A stretch of DNA of 64,000 nt from Acidobacteriota bacterium (lineage in GTDB: Bacteria > Acidobacteriota > Blastocatellia > Pyrinomonadales > Pyrinomonadaceae), in NCBI GenBank assembly GCA_003385635.1, contig QQUY01000002.1, positions 587,385 to 651,384 on the forward strand, given 5' to 3'. The stretch's first letter is position 1, and each line of letters opens with the position of its first letter. The notes beneath the pieces were generated by a model that ran no database searches, was not told where the DNA came from, and saw only the letters and a list, made by a program, of their open reading frames with translations. Positions 26,169 through 36,026 of this stretch are shown in pieces. Made by a program: the position numbers and the translations under genes.

Positions 26169-26873
26169 CTACTCGTGCTGATGCAAGGATGATCCTCCTG
26201 ATGTTTCCTTACGGACATTCGAAGGACTGCCGGAATAGGTCACCTTGCTGGCGCCGCTGAGATCGACAAAAAGATCTTCGGCAACATTAACATCGGCCTT
26301 GCTGGCGCCACCGCCGTCAACAACGACCTTGGTAGCCGAGAGAGAGCCGGCATCGACCTTGCTTGCCCCGCCCATGTCGATGGTAAGCACTCCGGTCTTG
26401 CCAGAAACCGTCAGTTTTGCAGCGCCGCCGAGATCCAGTTCCAGGTTCCCGTTGTCAACACTCTCAAGCGTACCGCTGGACGCTCCGGACAACTCGAATT
26501 TCTCAATATTAGGCGCCGTGACCTTGATCTTGATCCTGTTCTTGGACGAGAAGCGCTTCTCGGCGTTGATCCTCAGCTTACCCCGCTTCACCGTGGTAGA
26601 GATCAGAGGGAGCAGGTTGTCATCCGCTTCAACTTCGACTAAGAAGGTGTCGCCCTGCACTGCGTCAACATGAAAAATTCCCCCGACATCTATCTGAGTA
26701 AACTCTGAGACGCTACGTTTCTCGGTAACAATGTTGCCGGACCCATGTACTTTGGAGAAAAGTGAGACCTTTGGCATTTCGACCGACGGCAGGCTACCGA
26801 ACGAGAACATCTTCGCGAGAATGATGCCTCCGACGGCCGCAACAACGAAAATTAGAATTCCTATCTTTTTCAT
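26169..26873 (-). CDS. DUF2807 / head-GIN-like beta-helix domain protein
   Basis: Signal/TM N-terminus, then the typical pattern GSGN.V.E.R.V..F..I.V.G...V....G......VE.DDNLL.....V..G.L.I with repeated GGASK/GAAK beta-helix turns. Confidence 0.75.
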   Translation of the reverse strand: MKKIGILIFVVAAVGGIILAKMFSFGSLPSVEMPKVSLFSKVHGSGNIVTEKRSVSEFTQIDVGGIFHVDAVQGDTFLVEVEADDNLLPLISTTVKRGKLRINAEKRFSSKNRIKIKVTAPNIEKFELSGASSGTLESVDNGNLELDLGGAAKLTVSGKTGVLTIDMGGASKVDAGSLSATKVVVDGGGASKADVNVAEDLFVDLSGASKVTYSGSPSNVRKETSGGSSLHQHE

Positions 26874-27014
26874 GATTCCTCCGGAAGAGCTTTCTGTTTC
26901 CTGTTGGTACGGGAAAACGATACAAAGCTTCAGAAAGTTCGCGGCAATTTAACAATGGCTGAAAAAATTGAGAAAATTCCGCTTCGGTAAGGGTAAGCCT
27001 CAGGAAACATTTGA

Positions 27015-27428
27015 GTGGAGACATTTGGAACAGCCATTAACTGCATAGACGGACGGGCTCAACAGCCTGTGACCGACTGGGTACGGCTCCACTGCAATGT
27101 GAAATTCGTGGATATGGTCACCTGCCCGGGCGCCAATGCTGTGCTTGCCAGTTTCCGGACTGACCGCGCGCGCCACATCGTCGAAGAAGTCGGGGTTTCC
27201 GTCAGAAAGCACATGTCTTCAGTGATCGCAGTTGCCGGCCATTTCGACTGCGCAGGAAATCCTGTTTCTTATGAAGAGCACAAGGAACAGATACTGCGTT
27301 GTGCTGACAGGATCCGGAACTGGGATTTTGGGGTTCGTGTAGTAGGTATCTACGTGAACGAATGGTTCTCGATAGACGTCGTCTGCGACTCGCAAGAAGA
27401 TTTCCCGCAAATAAAGAGTTGGCTCTAA
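27015..27428 (+). CDS. Small protein with beta-carbonic-anhydrase-like zinc-ligand motifs
   Basis: 137 aa with a GTG start. NCIDGR (CxDxR) at residues 9-14 and VAGHFDCAG (HxxC) at 74-80 mimic the two beta-CA signature motifs. Much shorter than canonical beta-CAs. Confidence 0.5.
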   Translation: METFGTAINCIDGRAQQPVTDWVRLHCNVKFVDMVTCPGANAVLASFRTDRARHIVEEVGVSVRKHMSSVIAVAGHFDCAGNPVSYEEHKEQILRCADRIRNWDFGVRVVGIYVNEWFSIDVVCDSQEDFPQIKSWL

Positions 27429-27432
27429 ACGA

Positions 27433-29055
27433 TCAATGGAAATAGGTGAAGTATAGATAGAAGTGGATCGACTGGCCAAAGCCGATAAAGAATCCGAAGA
27501 AGGCTCCGAACAATTCGATCATCCTCAGATTGTCCTTTGCAACTGACAACACCAGCGCTTCAAGCTTCTCAGCTGGATAGTTGTTGACCTTTTCTTCAAC
27601 CACTCCGCCGATATCAAACTCCTCGATCGCTTCCGGAAGTTTCTGCTTCGCCGCGTCGATGATCACTTTCGTAAGCGTTTCTCCCGCCTTTTCGATCTGC
27701 TCTTCTGAAACATGTCTCGAGAGTCTTCCGATCGGGGCGTTCAGGAGTGAATCTATCTGTTTTGAAAGAACCTCGTTGACTATCTTTGCTGTCTCTTCCC
27801 GCTCAAGAACGCCGATCAAACCGTCCGTCAACAATCTTCGAAGCTTCGTCGCAGCTTCAGGGTGTGCAGACTGTAGAAGGTCTCCGATCAGCCTCGGTTT
27901 TACGGTTTCCAGCGAGTCTGCGAGATAGCCGGCGATGGACTTCCGCATCTGCTCACCTTGTAGAACCCGAAGTATATTGATGGTGAGCTGCGCCTTAAGC
28001 CTGTCAAGCTGTTCAGGGGCTACCTGCCCGATGATCTCTGGAAGCGGCCTGGAGAGAGCGTTATCGATCGAACGCCCGACAAATGACTTGGCTTCGACGG
28101 CGAAGAAGTCGCCCTTGAGCGTTTCCTCGATTCGTTTCGGAAGACTTTCGTCGACAAGATCGTCGACCTCGCGGAGCAGATTGTCTCTTGATACGAATAT
28201 TTTCTTAAAGAAGGGAAGCTGTTCGTAGTAGTCGTGAACCTCTTTCTTGATCAACGCGCTGATCTGGTCCTTGGTCCTGTCTTCGGTAGCCAGTTCGGCT
28301 AGTTGATGGACTACGGGGTCGATCTGCTCGAACGCCTTCTCTTTCAGGAGCGAGATCGCGTCATCCGTGAACAATTCGCTCAGAGGCGCCTGTTCGCTGA
28401 CCAGTTCGTCAACCTTTCCGCCGATAAATGAGGCAATCGTCTTTTCAAGCGCCGGTTCGTGAACGACGTTTGCGATACGGGTCTCTATGAACTGAAGGAT
28501 GTCATTGAAGGTCTCATCTGACACAGTGTCAGACACTTTCTGGGACATCATCTCATCCACTCGTGTGCCGACAAAACTTCGGATCGTGTCAGAGGTCTGC
28601 TCGCTGCGAATCACGGTGCCTACATAATCGCCTATCCTCGCGCGCATCGTGGCTACTGTCTCGATCAGCGCCGGCCGGATCTGCTCCGGAACCGATTCAA
28701 TAAGCGATGGATGGTCCCGCTCCATCAGCTCGCGAGCGTATGAATCGACAAAACCTCGGATCTTCTTTTGAAGGAACTCCTTTTCAAACAGTTCTTCAAG
28801 AACTGTCTCCTGAGAAACGAGTTCTTCCCCGACCGCTTTCCCGATCGCCTTGGCGAGACGCGCCCGATGCCGTGGGATCATCCCCTGCGGGAAGAGAGTG
28901 ATCCCGATAAGTTTCACAGGCTTTCGCGGCCTGAACAGCATCCTGACGGCGAGCCACGCACCAAGGTATCCGTGAAGAGTTGCCATCACCACCAAAGATG
29001 CCAGGTGAAACCAGAAGTTCGAGATCACTGGTTCAATTGTCTGCCAAATATCCAT
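27433..29055 (-). CDS. DUF445-family membrane protein
   Basis: N-terminus LHGYLGAWLAVRMLFRPRKPVKLIGITLFPQGMIPRHRARLAKAIG is the typical DUF445 signature. Long helical middle and a C-terminal TM segment. Confidence 0.75.
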   Translation of the reverse strand: MDIWQTIEPVISNFWFHLASLVVMATLHGYLGAWLAVRMLFRPRKPVKLIGITLFPQGMIPRHRARLAKAIGKAVGEELVSQETVLEELFEKEFLQKKIRGFVDSYARELMERDHPSLIESVPEQIRPALIETVATMRARIGDYVGTVIRSEQTSDTIRSFVGTRVDEMMSQKVSDTVSDETFNDILQFIETRIANVVHEPALEKTIASFIGGKVDELVSEQAPLSELFTDDAISLLKEKAFEQIDPVVHQLAELATEDRTKDQISALIKKEVHDYYEQLPFFKKIFVSRDNLLREVDDLVDESLPKRIEETLKGDFFAVEAKSFVGRSIDNALSRPLPEIIGQVAPEQLDRLKAQLTINILRVLQGEQMRKSIAGYLADSLETVKPRLIGDLLQSAHPEAATKLRRLLTDGLIGVLEREETAKIVNEVLSKQIDSLLNAPIGRLSRHVSEEQIEKAGETLTKVIIDAAKQKLPEAIEEFDIGGVVEEKVNNYPAEKLEALVLSVAKDNLRMIELFGAFFGFFIGFGQSIHFYLYFTYFH

Positions 29056-29059
29056 CCGA

Positions 29060-29443
29060 TCAAAAGACCTGAAAACCTTTCGATTTAAAACAGAATTCGC
29101 AAAACTCGCTTAGCCATTCGTAGTCTGCGCTGTAGTTCTTCCATTTTTCATCTTCGTCCTGATACAACGTCCCGTCATCAGGCTTGTCCGTGATGCTAAG
29201 GTCAGCAAAGATACGTGTACCGGGTCCCATCTTTGGAAGCACCTCGTTGCGGATTTTCTCTCCGATAAGGTGGGCATCATCTATTGACACCGGTGTTCCC
29301 GACGCGTTGTAGCTCATTTGCCGCAGAGTTCCTTCGCTTATGACGTCGAACGAACGGACGATCTCAAGTAAAGTCTTCCAGTTCCATACGCTTGCCCGAA
29401 ATTCGAAGTTCTCGGAGCCCTGGTCGATCAAGGTAAAGCTCAT
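29060..29443 (-). CDS. Hypothetical cytoplasmic protein, probably co-transcribed with the DUF445 gene
   Basis: 127-aa ORF ending 4 nt before the DUF445 start. Coding-like composition, no recognised family. Confidence 0.5.
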   Translation of the reverse strand: MSFTLIDQGSENFEFRASVWNWKTLLEIVRSFDVISEGTLRQMSYNASGTPVSIDDAHLIGEKIRNEVLPKMGPGTRIFADLSITDKPDDGTLYQDEDEKWKNYSADYEWLSEFCEFCFKSKGFQVF

Positions 29444-29548
29444 AGGGGAAATTCCTCAGAAAAAATGCTAGTTGGTAAGGTGCCCCGCGTCAACAAAGTG
29501 CGTTGGTTTTGGCTTGCAGTTCGGTAAACGCTTATAATCTTCCCCTCT

Positions 29549-30586
29549 ATGACAAAACCAGTTTCTTACTCCGACGCCGGCGTTTCCATAGACACCGCAA
29601 ATGAAGCCGTCGCAAGGATTAAGGGCTTTGCTAAAGCCACTTTCAATTCACGGACACTTACCGAGATAGGCAGTTTCGGCGGGATGTTCGACGGCCGATT
29701 TCCGGATATGTCAGAGCCAGTGCTGGTCGCCTCCGCGGACGGGGTTGGGACCAAGCTCAAGATCGCGTTTGACACGAACGTTCATACCACTATCGGACAA
29801 GACCTTGTCAATCATTGTGTAGGCGACATCCTCGTTCAAGGCGCGAGGCCTCTTTTCTTCCTCGATTATTTCGCAACGGGAAGATTATCGGCGGACGTCA
29901 CTGCTTCGGTTGTCGAAGGGCTTTCGATCGCGTGCCGCGAAAACGGTTGCGTGCTTCTCGGAGGCGAGACTGCAGAAATGCCGGGCTTCTACGCCGACGG
30001 TGAGTACGACCTCGCGGGATTTGTCGTTGGAGTTGTCGATAAGAAAAACGTGATAGACGGAAAATCGATAGATGAGGGCGACGTCGTGCTCGGACTGCCC
30101 TCGACAGGTCTTCACACAAACGGATATTCGCTGGCCAGAAAGCTTTTCTTTGAGATCGGCGAGTTTCACCACAGCGACGATCCAGACGAATTGAATGGCG
30201 ACTCTGTGGCCGACGTACTTCTCACGCCTCACAAAAGCTATTTGCCGGAACTTGGCGGGCTGATCGGAACAGGAAGGATAAAGGGTCTCGCGCACATCAC
30301 CGGCGGAGGCCTCCTGGAAAACATACCGAGGATCCTGCCCGATGGAGTTTCGGTCGTGATCGACAGGAGCACTTGGGAGGTTCCTCCCGTGTTCGGCCTG
30401 ATGCAGAGACTGGGGAGTGTCGAGGACCGCGAGATGTTCAGGACTTTCAACATGGGTATCGGAATGGCGGTCATCTGCGCGAAAAACGACGCGGCTTCCA
30501 TTTCGGAACACATCGTTTCGAATGGCGGCGTGTGCATTGAGATCGGAAAAGTAACAAACGGAGACGGGGAAGTCACCATTGGCTAG
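29549..30586 (+). CDS. purM: Phosphoribosylformylglycinamidine cyclo-ligase (AIR synthetase)
   Basis: SYSDAGVSID...IGSFGGMF...ASADGVGTKLKIA...DLVNHCVGDILVQGA.PLFFLDY are typical PurM blocks. Confidence 0.93.
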   Translation: MTKPVSYSDAGVSIDTANEAVARIKGFAKATFNSRTLTEIGSFGGMFDGRFPDMSEPVLVASADGVGTKLKIAFDTNVHTTIGQDLVNHCVGDILVQGARPLFFLDYFATGRLSADVTASVVEGLSIACRENGCVLLGGETAEMPGFYADGEYDLAGFVVGVVDKKNVIDGKSIDEGDVVLGLPSTGLHTNGYSLARKLFFEIGEFHHSDDPDELNGDSVADVLLTPHKSYLPELGGLIGTGRIKGLAHITGGGLLENIPRILPDGVSVVIDRSTWEVPPVFGLMQRLGSVEDREMFRTFNMGIGMAVICAKNDAASISEHIVSNGGVCIEIGKVTNGDGEVTIG

Positions 30587-30604
30587 GGGCAGCAGATCGA
30601 AGTT

Positions 30605-31219
30605 ATGAAGATCGGGATACTGATCTCGGGAAGAGGATCGAACATGGTCGCGATAACGCGGGCGGTTCAGGATGGCACTATCCCGAACAGCAAGGTTGCG
30701 GTCGTCATAAGCGACAAGAGCAAAGCCCCCGGTCTTGGGAAAGCGAGGGATCTTGGAGTAAAGACCGTCGTTGTGACACGTCGCGGGAGGCCCAGGGAAG
30801 AGCACGACGCCGAGATCGTCTCGGAGCTAAAGAAGCACGACGTTGATCTTGTCTGTCTTGCCGGCTATATGAGGCTGCTTTCATCCTCATTTGTCCGCGA
30901 GTTCACAAACAGGATCGTCAACATACATCCGAGCCTGCTTCCCAGCTTTAAAGGTCTCGACGCACAGAGACAGGCGGTCGAATACGGTGTAAAGGTCTCA
31001 GGCTGTACCGTGCATTTCGTCGACGAGGAACTCGATCACGGCGCGATCATCCTCCAGAGACCCGTCGAAGTGCTCGATTCGGACGACGCAGATACTTTGT
31101 CCGAGAGGATTCTCAGAATCGAACACGAGACATACGTGGAGGCGGTAAGGCTGATCTCCGGGGGAGATTTTCGGATCAGCGGACGCAGGGTTTTGTTTGG
31201 TTCGGCGGTTGGCGGCTGA
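30605..31219 (+). CDS. purN: Phosphoribosylglycinamide formyltransferase
   Basis: MKIGILISGRGSNM....., LAGYMRLL, NIHPSLLPSFKG, GCTVHFVDEELDHGAII are typical PurN motifs. Confidence 0.9.
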   Translation: MKIGILISGRGSNMVAITRAVQDGTIPNSKVAVVISDKSKAPGLGKARDLGVKTVVVTRRGRPREEHDAEIVSELKKHDVDLVCLAGYMRLLSSSFVREFTNRIVNIHPSLLPSFKGLDAQRQAVEYGVKVSGCTVHFVDEELDHGAIILQRPVEVLDSDDADTLSERILRIEHETYVEAVRLISGGDFRISGRRVLFGSAVGG

Positions 31220-31233
31220 GGCGCGGTTTTGCT

Positions 31234-31262
31234 TTGACAATCGATGCAGCCATCCATAGAAT
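31234..31262 (+). promoter_or_regulatory. Sigma-70-type promoter candidate for rpmH-rnpA-yidD-yidC
   Basis: TTGACA (31234-31239), 17-nt spacer, TAGAAT (31257-31262). About 36 nt upstream of the rpmH ATG. Confidence 0.5.
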
Positions 31263-31298
31263 CTAAAGTTTCACTTTTATAGTGAGAGGATAGCAGTT

Positions 31299-31445
31299 AT
31301 GCCTAAAAGAACATTTCAGCCGAATAACCGCCGTCGCGCAAAAAAACACGGGTTCCGGGCTCGCATGAGCACGAAGGCCGGACGCAACGTGATCAAGCGC
31401 AGGAGGCAGAAAGGACGCAAGAGACTGACGCCGTTCCACTATTAA
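31299..31445 (+). CDS. rpmH: 50S ribosomal protein L34
   Basis: Hand translation [48 protein letters not shown] (48 aa). Below the ORF-track size cutoff. Classic L34 sequence and position before rnpA. Confidence 0.93.
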   Translation: MPKRTFQPNNRRRAKKHGFRARMSTKAGRNVIKRRRQKGRKRLTPFHY

Positions 31446-31471
31446 GCCTTCGTCTCGAGAAGCACGAACGC

Positions 31472-31831
31472 TTGTTAAAACCCGGTGAGTTTCGGCGTGT
31501 TTACGCCGAAGGCGATCGAATCAAAGGACGTTTTATGACTGCGTTTTATATGCCGTCGGAAACGTCTTTTCAGCGTCTGGGGATAACGGCGTCGCGAAAG
31601 GCGGTCGGGAACGCAGTTAGGCGGAACAGGGCCAAGAGGCTTTTGCGTGAAGCTTTCCGCCAGAGCAAGCCGGAGCTTCAGACGCTCGAGACCAAATTTG
31701 ACTGGGTGCTGAATGCGCGGGACAGTCTGATCGGGGTAAAGATTGCAGAGCCCTTGTCTGAGCTAAAGGACATTATCAGGCAGGTCCGGGAGAGAGAATC
31801 CAAAACAAAGGAAGGCGGCAAGAACGTTTAA
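31472..31831 (+). CDS. rnpA: Ribonuclease P protein component
   Basis: [11 protein letters not shown]......F......[31 protein letters not shown] contains the RNR motif. Follows rpmH. Confidence 0.87.
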   Translation: MLKPGEFRRVYAEGDRIKGRFMTAFYMPSETSFQRLGITASRKAVGNAVRRNRAKRLLREAFRQSKPELQTLETKFDWVLNARDSLIGVKIAEPLSELKDIIRQVRERESKTKEGGKNV

Positions 31832-31841
31832 AGGTAAAGCT

Positions 31842-32057
31842 ATGAAGTATCTGCTGGTAGATCTGCTCGGGCTTTACAAGAGGTTCTTGTCGCCTTTGTT
31901 GCCTCCTTCGTGCCGGTTTACGCCGACGTGCTCCGAGTACGCGGTCGAAGCGATCCGAAGGCACGGCGCGCTTTATGGTTCGTGGATGGCATTCAAGCGT
32001 TTGATGCGCTGCCAGCCATTGTGCGAGGGAGGGCACGACCCAGTTAGAGAGAGATGA
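31842..32057 (+). CDS. yidD: Membrane protein insertion efficiency factor YidD
   Basis: [55 protein letters not shown] is typical YidD. Its TGA stop lies in the first bases of the following repeat element. Confidence 0.87.
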   Translation: MKYLLVDLLGLYKRFLSPLLPPSCRFTPTCSEYAVEAIRRHGALYGSWMAFKRLMRCQPLCEGGHDPVRER

Positions 32058-32203
32058 GTGCTGAGAAGAAATGAGTGATGAGAACTTTGCTCGTGGATGA
32101 GCGCTTGGTTTCTTACACTCAGTACTCAGTACCCAGTACCCAGTACTCATTACCCAGTACACAGTACTCAGTACTCAGTACACAGTACTCATCTCTCAGT
32201 ACT
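32047..32203. repeat. Second copy of the low-complexity hairpin element, filling the yidD-yidC intergenic space
   Basis: Terminal inverted repeat GAGAGATGAGT (32049-32059) against ACTCATCTCTC (32188-32198). Left arm gagaagaaatgagtgatgag, right arm tandem CAGTACTCAGTAC units. Family shared with 3078-3240. Confidence 0.65.
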
Positions 32204-32211
32204 ATTTTTAG

Positions 32212-34113
32212 ATGAGTAACAACGATTCCGGACAGAATCAGCAGAGGTTTCTTATAGCGGCAGTCCTGTCGCTCGTGGTCCTGACTGCTTGGACCTACTT
32301 TTTCGCGCCGGAGCGGCCGGAAGAACAGGCGAACACGAATGCCAACGTCGAGAACGTTGGACAGGGTCAGACAGCCGCGCCGGATCCGACGAGGTCTCCT
32401 GAAACGGAACAGACTCCTGAGCAGGCCGCCGCGGAAACCCCTGACGAAACTCCTAACAAGCAAATAAAGATCAAGACCCCGCTATACGAAGCGACTCTCG
32501 ATACTAAAGGAGCTGTTGCGACAAGCTGGGTTCTGCTGCTGAACGATTCCGACTCAAACGACGACCGGAAGCCGCTGTATGCACAAGGTTCTACGAAGGA
32601 AAACAAGAAGCCGCTTGAGCTAGTGCGACAGAAGGGTCTGGATCAGGAACCGAGGCTCGCACCCTTTCAGCTCGCAACGGGTGATCCCAACACAGACAAG
32701 TTTCTGAACGAAAGGAACTATTCCCTGGAAGGAGACGGCGGGACATTTGAACTCAATGGTGAGGATACAAAAGAAGTAAAGTTCGTTCTGAGCGGCTCGA
32801 ACGGAGTTGAGGTCACGAAGACCTTCGTCTTTCGCGCCAACGAGTATACGACCGATCTTTCCGTCGACCTGAAGAAAGGGGGCCAGCCGGTCCCCAACGC
32901 GAAGCTCCTGATCGGGCCGTCGATCGGCGACCAGGGCATAGAGAGATACGACTTCTACAAGGTCGAGCCTGAAGGGGTATACAACGCGGGCGGTACTTCA
33001 ACCCGCCAATACGCCGCGTCGATAATTGAGGAAGGCAACACCGGCCAGTTCAATGTTGAAGGCCCCGTAGACTGGGCCGGCGTTGGAGACACCTACTTCG
33101 CTATGGCGGTTATACCCGCTAAACAGACCCCGGGGCTTGAACTGCGGTCAGAGAAATACGATGAAGAGGTGCCGCCATTCTTTGACGGAATCATCGCGTG
33201 GATAACCAGAAGCCAGAGCACTCAGGTCACGAAACACCTTATGACGGCATACGTGCCGATCCCCACGGACGGTGCCGTGAACAGGATCTATACCGGCACG
33301 AAGGACTATTTTGTACTCCACAAGTACAACGACAAGCTCACCGAGACGGTCGGACGGCCGATAGATATTGAAGACTTCATCAACTACGGATGGTTCTACT
33401 ATGTGACCAAGCCGTTCTCTGTTCCGATCCTCTATTGTCTGACGTATCTGTACAGCTTTACCCACAACTACGGGATCTCCATCATCCTGTTCACGCTCTT
33501 TTTCTATTCGCTTCTTTTCCCGCTTCGGTGGTATTCCTCGAAGTCGTTCAAGAAGGCCCAGAAGAATGCACCCAAGATGAAAGAGCTTCAGGACAAGATG
33601 AAGGAGATGCAGAAAAAGGGCATCCCGAATGATGATCCGAAGATGCGGCAACTTCAGATGGAACAGCTGAAGATGACGAAGGACGCCCTGCCGATCGGCG
33701 GGTGTCTGCCGATGATCATGCAGTTCCCGCTTCTGATCGCTTTGTACATCACGGTGTCCGTTTATCTTGGATTCAGGCAGGAGAGCTTCCTGTGGCTGCC
33801 CGACCTATCGTCGGGTGATCCGTACCATATCCTTGAGTTCGCTTTTGCGATCTCGATGGTACTGACGTTCAAGTTCTCGCCGACAACGCCGGCGGTAACC
33901 CCTGAGCAGCAGATGCAGCAGAAGATGATGACCTATCTGATGCCGATAATGATGCTCTGGATAATGTGGTCTGCCCCTTCGGGTCTTCTGCTCTACTGGT
34001 TCACGGGCAACGTAATAATGTTCGGCCAGCAGATGCTGATCAACTGGATGAACCGTGAGGATGATGCGGCCGCGCCGATGATAGACAACAAGGCGAAGCT
34101 TTCAACACCGTAA
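32212..34113 (+). CDS. yidC: Membrane protein insertase YidC
   Basis: N-terminal TM, large periplasmic domain, and a C-terminal 5-TM core with the conserved blocks ISIILFTLFFYSLLFPL, KMKELQ, GCLPMIMQFPLLIALY and LLYWFTGNVIMFGQQ. Confidence 0.92.
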   Translation: MSNNDSGQNQQRFLIAAVLSLVVLTAWTYFFAPERPEEQANTNANVENVGQGQTAAPDPTRSPETEQTPEQAAAETPDETPNKQIKIKTPLYEATLDTKGAVATSWVLLLNDSDSNDDRKPLYAQGSTKENKKPLELVRQKGLDQEPRLAPFQLATGDPNTDKFLNERNYSLEGDGGTFELNGEDTKEVKFVLSGSNGVEVTKTFVFRANEYTTDLSVDLKKGGQPVPNAKLLIGPSIGDQGIERYDFYKVEPEGVYNAGGTSTRQYAASIIEEGNTGQFNVEGPVDWAGVGDTYFAMAVIPAKQTPGLELRSEKYDEEVPPFFDGIIAWITRSQSTQVTKHLMTAYVPIPTDGAVNRIYTGTKDYFVLHKYNDKLTETVGRPIDIEDFINYGWFYYVTKPFSVPILYCLTYLYSFTHNYGISIILFTLFFYSLLFPLRWYSSKSFKKAQKNAPKMKELQDKMKEMQKKGIPNDDPKMRQLQMEQLKMTKDALPIGGCLPMIMQFPLLIALYITVSVYLGFRQESFLWLPDLSSGDPYHILEFAFAISMVLTFKFSPTTPAVTPEQQMQQKMMTYLMPIMMLWIMWSAPSGLLLYWFTGNVIMFGQQMLINWMNREDDAAAPMIDNKAKLSTP

Positions 34114-34129
34114 CTAGCAACGAGAGCCT

Positions 34130-34579
34130 ATGAGTGAAGTTTGTCAGAATGCCGAAGAGTTCATCACGGAGCTGGTTGACCAGGCCGGATTTAATGTCGA
34201 GGTCTCGTCCGAGTTCACCGACGAAGGATGTGTGCTCGATTTCAGCGGAGATGATTCCGGAATGATGCTAAGCGAGAACGGCGAGCTGCTGGATGCCTTC
34301 GAGACCATCCTGTTCCAGGTATATGGTCGCGAGCTGGACCGGGAACATCGATTTGTCTGCGATGCGGAAGGATTCAGGCAGACCCGAAAGTCGGAGCTTC
34401 ATGCGATGGCGAAGTTCGCGGCCAAGAATGTTCGTGAAAAAGGCGTTCCATTCACCTTTGGAGTTCTCAATTCGACAGAAAGGCGCATCATTCACCTCGT
34501 CCTTTCTAAAGAAGAAGACCTCGAGACCGAATCGGTCGGCCAGGGCCGCGACCGCCGTCTGCAGGTACGTACGAGGTAG
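34130..34579 (+). CDS. jag: Jag/KhpB-like RNA-binding protein (KH plus R3H domains)
   Basis: Position after yidC. The C-terminal NSTERRIIHLVLSKEEDLETESVGQGRDRRLQV is an R3H-type motif. Confidence 0.8.
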   Translation: MSEVCQNAEEFITELVDQAGFNVEVSSEFTDEGCVLDFSGDDSGMMLSENGELLDAFETILFQVYGRELDREHRFVCDAEGFRQTRKSELHAMAKFAAKNVREKGVPFTFGVLNSTERRIIHLVLSKEEDLETESVGQGRDRRLQVRTR

Positions 34580-34646
34580 ACAAGTGGAACAGCGGTTCTC
34601 GGGATGAAGGAGGAACTGATTCTCTCCTTCGTCCCTTTCTCATTTC

Positions 34647-36002
34647 ATGGATACGATCGTTGCACTCTCAACTCCTCTGGGAAGAAGCGGGATAGGAGTT
34701 GTCCGGCTGAGCGGTGACTCTGCGCTCGAGATCGCCGGAAAGCTCACGGTCGGAGAGGAAGAGTTTGAACCGCGGCACGCTACCCTCTCGAGCATTCTTG
34801 ATTCAACTTCCGGCGAGATCATCGACGAGGCGATCGTTACATACTTCAAGTCTCCAAATACCTACACCGGAGAAGATGTTGTCGAGATCAGCTGTCACGG
34901 ATCGCCCGTTCTTCTAAGAAGGATCATAGACCTCTGCCTGGGACTGGACGCTCGCCTGGCTGAACCGGGCGAGTTCACTTTGCGCGCTCTCTCGAACGGA
35001 AGACTCGATCTTTCGCAGGCGGAGGCGATCCGCGATCTTATCGATTCGAACAGCATTGCGATGACCAGGCAGGCGGTTCGTCAATTGCGGGGCGAGTTCT
35101 CGCATACGCTACAGCCGTTGAAAGACAAACTGCTTGATGTGATCGTCGTGCTCGAGTCGGCGCTTGAGTTTGTCGAAGACGATCTGCCTGAAGCGCAAAC
35201 AGCAAAGATCGCCGGCGACTTGCGAAGCGTAGCCGGGGAGTTGGGAAAACTGGCCTCCACATATTCAGCGGGAAGGCTTCTAAGAGAGGGTCTGAAGGTG
35301 GCGCTTGTCGGCCGGCCGAATGTAGGAAAGTCGAGCCTCTTTAACGCGCTTCTTGGACAGGACCGGGCGATCGTGACCGAGATTCCCGGGACGACTCGCG
35401 ATCAGATCCACGAGAGCTTCACGATACGAGACATTCCCGTTTCGCTGATCGACACCGCGGGTATGCGTGAGACGGTCGACACGGTCGAAACGATCGGCGT
35501 GGAACGTGCGCGTAGAGCCATGGCGGATGCGGATGTGGTGGTCGTCGTCCTCGACGGAAATGAAGAACTAACTCTGGAAGACCGAGAGGTGCTCGATGAT
35601 ACAGAGGATTTAAGCCGCCTTATTGTAGTAAACAAGACTGATATCGCGGACTCAGGATCCCTTGTAGAAAGCCTCAGAGAAAACGATTGGCGGGTGATAG
35701 GAATTTCGGCCAAGACCTCGAACGGCCTCGATGAGCTGCAGGAGGCGATAGTCGGTCCGTTCTCGCCGGAAGACATAGAGAGCTCCGGGTTCCTGGTCTC
35801 GGATGCGCGGCACCACGATCTTCTGAAAAGGGCCAAAGATGAGATCGAGTCTTCAATTCCTCTCCTCGAAGGCGGAACAAGCGAAGAGATCGTACTCGTG
35901 GGATTACACAACGCAATTCGGTACCTCGGCGAGATCACGGGCGAGACGACGACCGAAGACATGCTGACTCGCATATTCCAGACCTTCTGCATCGGAAAGT
36001 GA
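34647..36002 (+). CDS. mnmE: tRNA modification GTPase MnmE (TrmE)
   Basis: [22 protein letters not shown]1 motif [22 protein letters not shown], and the C-terminal FCIGK tetrapeptide. Confidence 0.93.
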   Translation: MDTIVALSTPLGRSGIGVVRLSGDSALEIAGKLTVGEEEFEPRHATLSSILDSTSGEIIDEAIVTYFKSPNTYTGEDVVEISCHGSPVLLRRIIDLCLGLDARLAEPGEFTLRALSNGRLDLSQAEAIRDLIDSNSIAMTRQAVRQLRGEFSHTLQPLKDKLLDVIVVLESALEFVEDDLPEAQTAKIAGDLRSVAGELGKLASTYSAGRLLREGLKVALVGRPNVGKSSLFNALLGQDRAIVTEIPGTTRDQIHESFTIRDIPVSLIDTAGMRETVDTVETIGVERARRAMADADVVVVVLDGNEELTLEDREVLDDTEDLSRLIVVNKTDIADSGSLVESLRENDWRVIGISAKTSNGLDELQEAIVGPFSPEDIESSGFLVSDARHHDLLKRAKDEIESSIPLLEGGTSEEIVLVGLHNAIRYLGEITGETTTEDMLTRIFQTFCIGK

Positions 36003-36009
36003 TCGGAAC

Positions 36010-36026
36010 GCAGGCGTCCCGCCTGC
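36010..36026 (+). terminator. Short GC hairpin just after mnmE (GCAGGCG tcc CGCCTGC)
   Basis: Perfect 7-bp stem 8 nt after the stop. No T-run follows, so terminator function is uncertain. Confidence 0.3.

Noticed and set aside
29533-29549. TATAAT at 29533-29538, only 10 nt before the purM ATG, suggesting a leaderless purM mRNA
   Set aside because: No convincing -35 element sits at the right spacing, and there are no transcript data. The idea is plausible but cannot be supported from sequence alone.
29885-30805. 306-aa ORF on the minus strand
   Set aside because: It is antisense to purM and purN, both of which are unambiguous. Shadow ORF.
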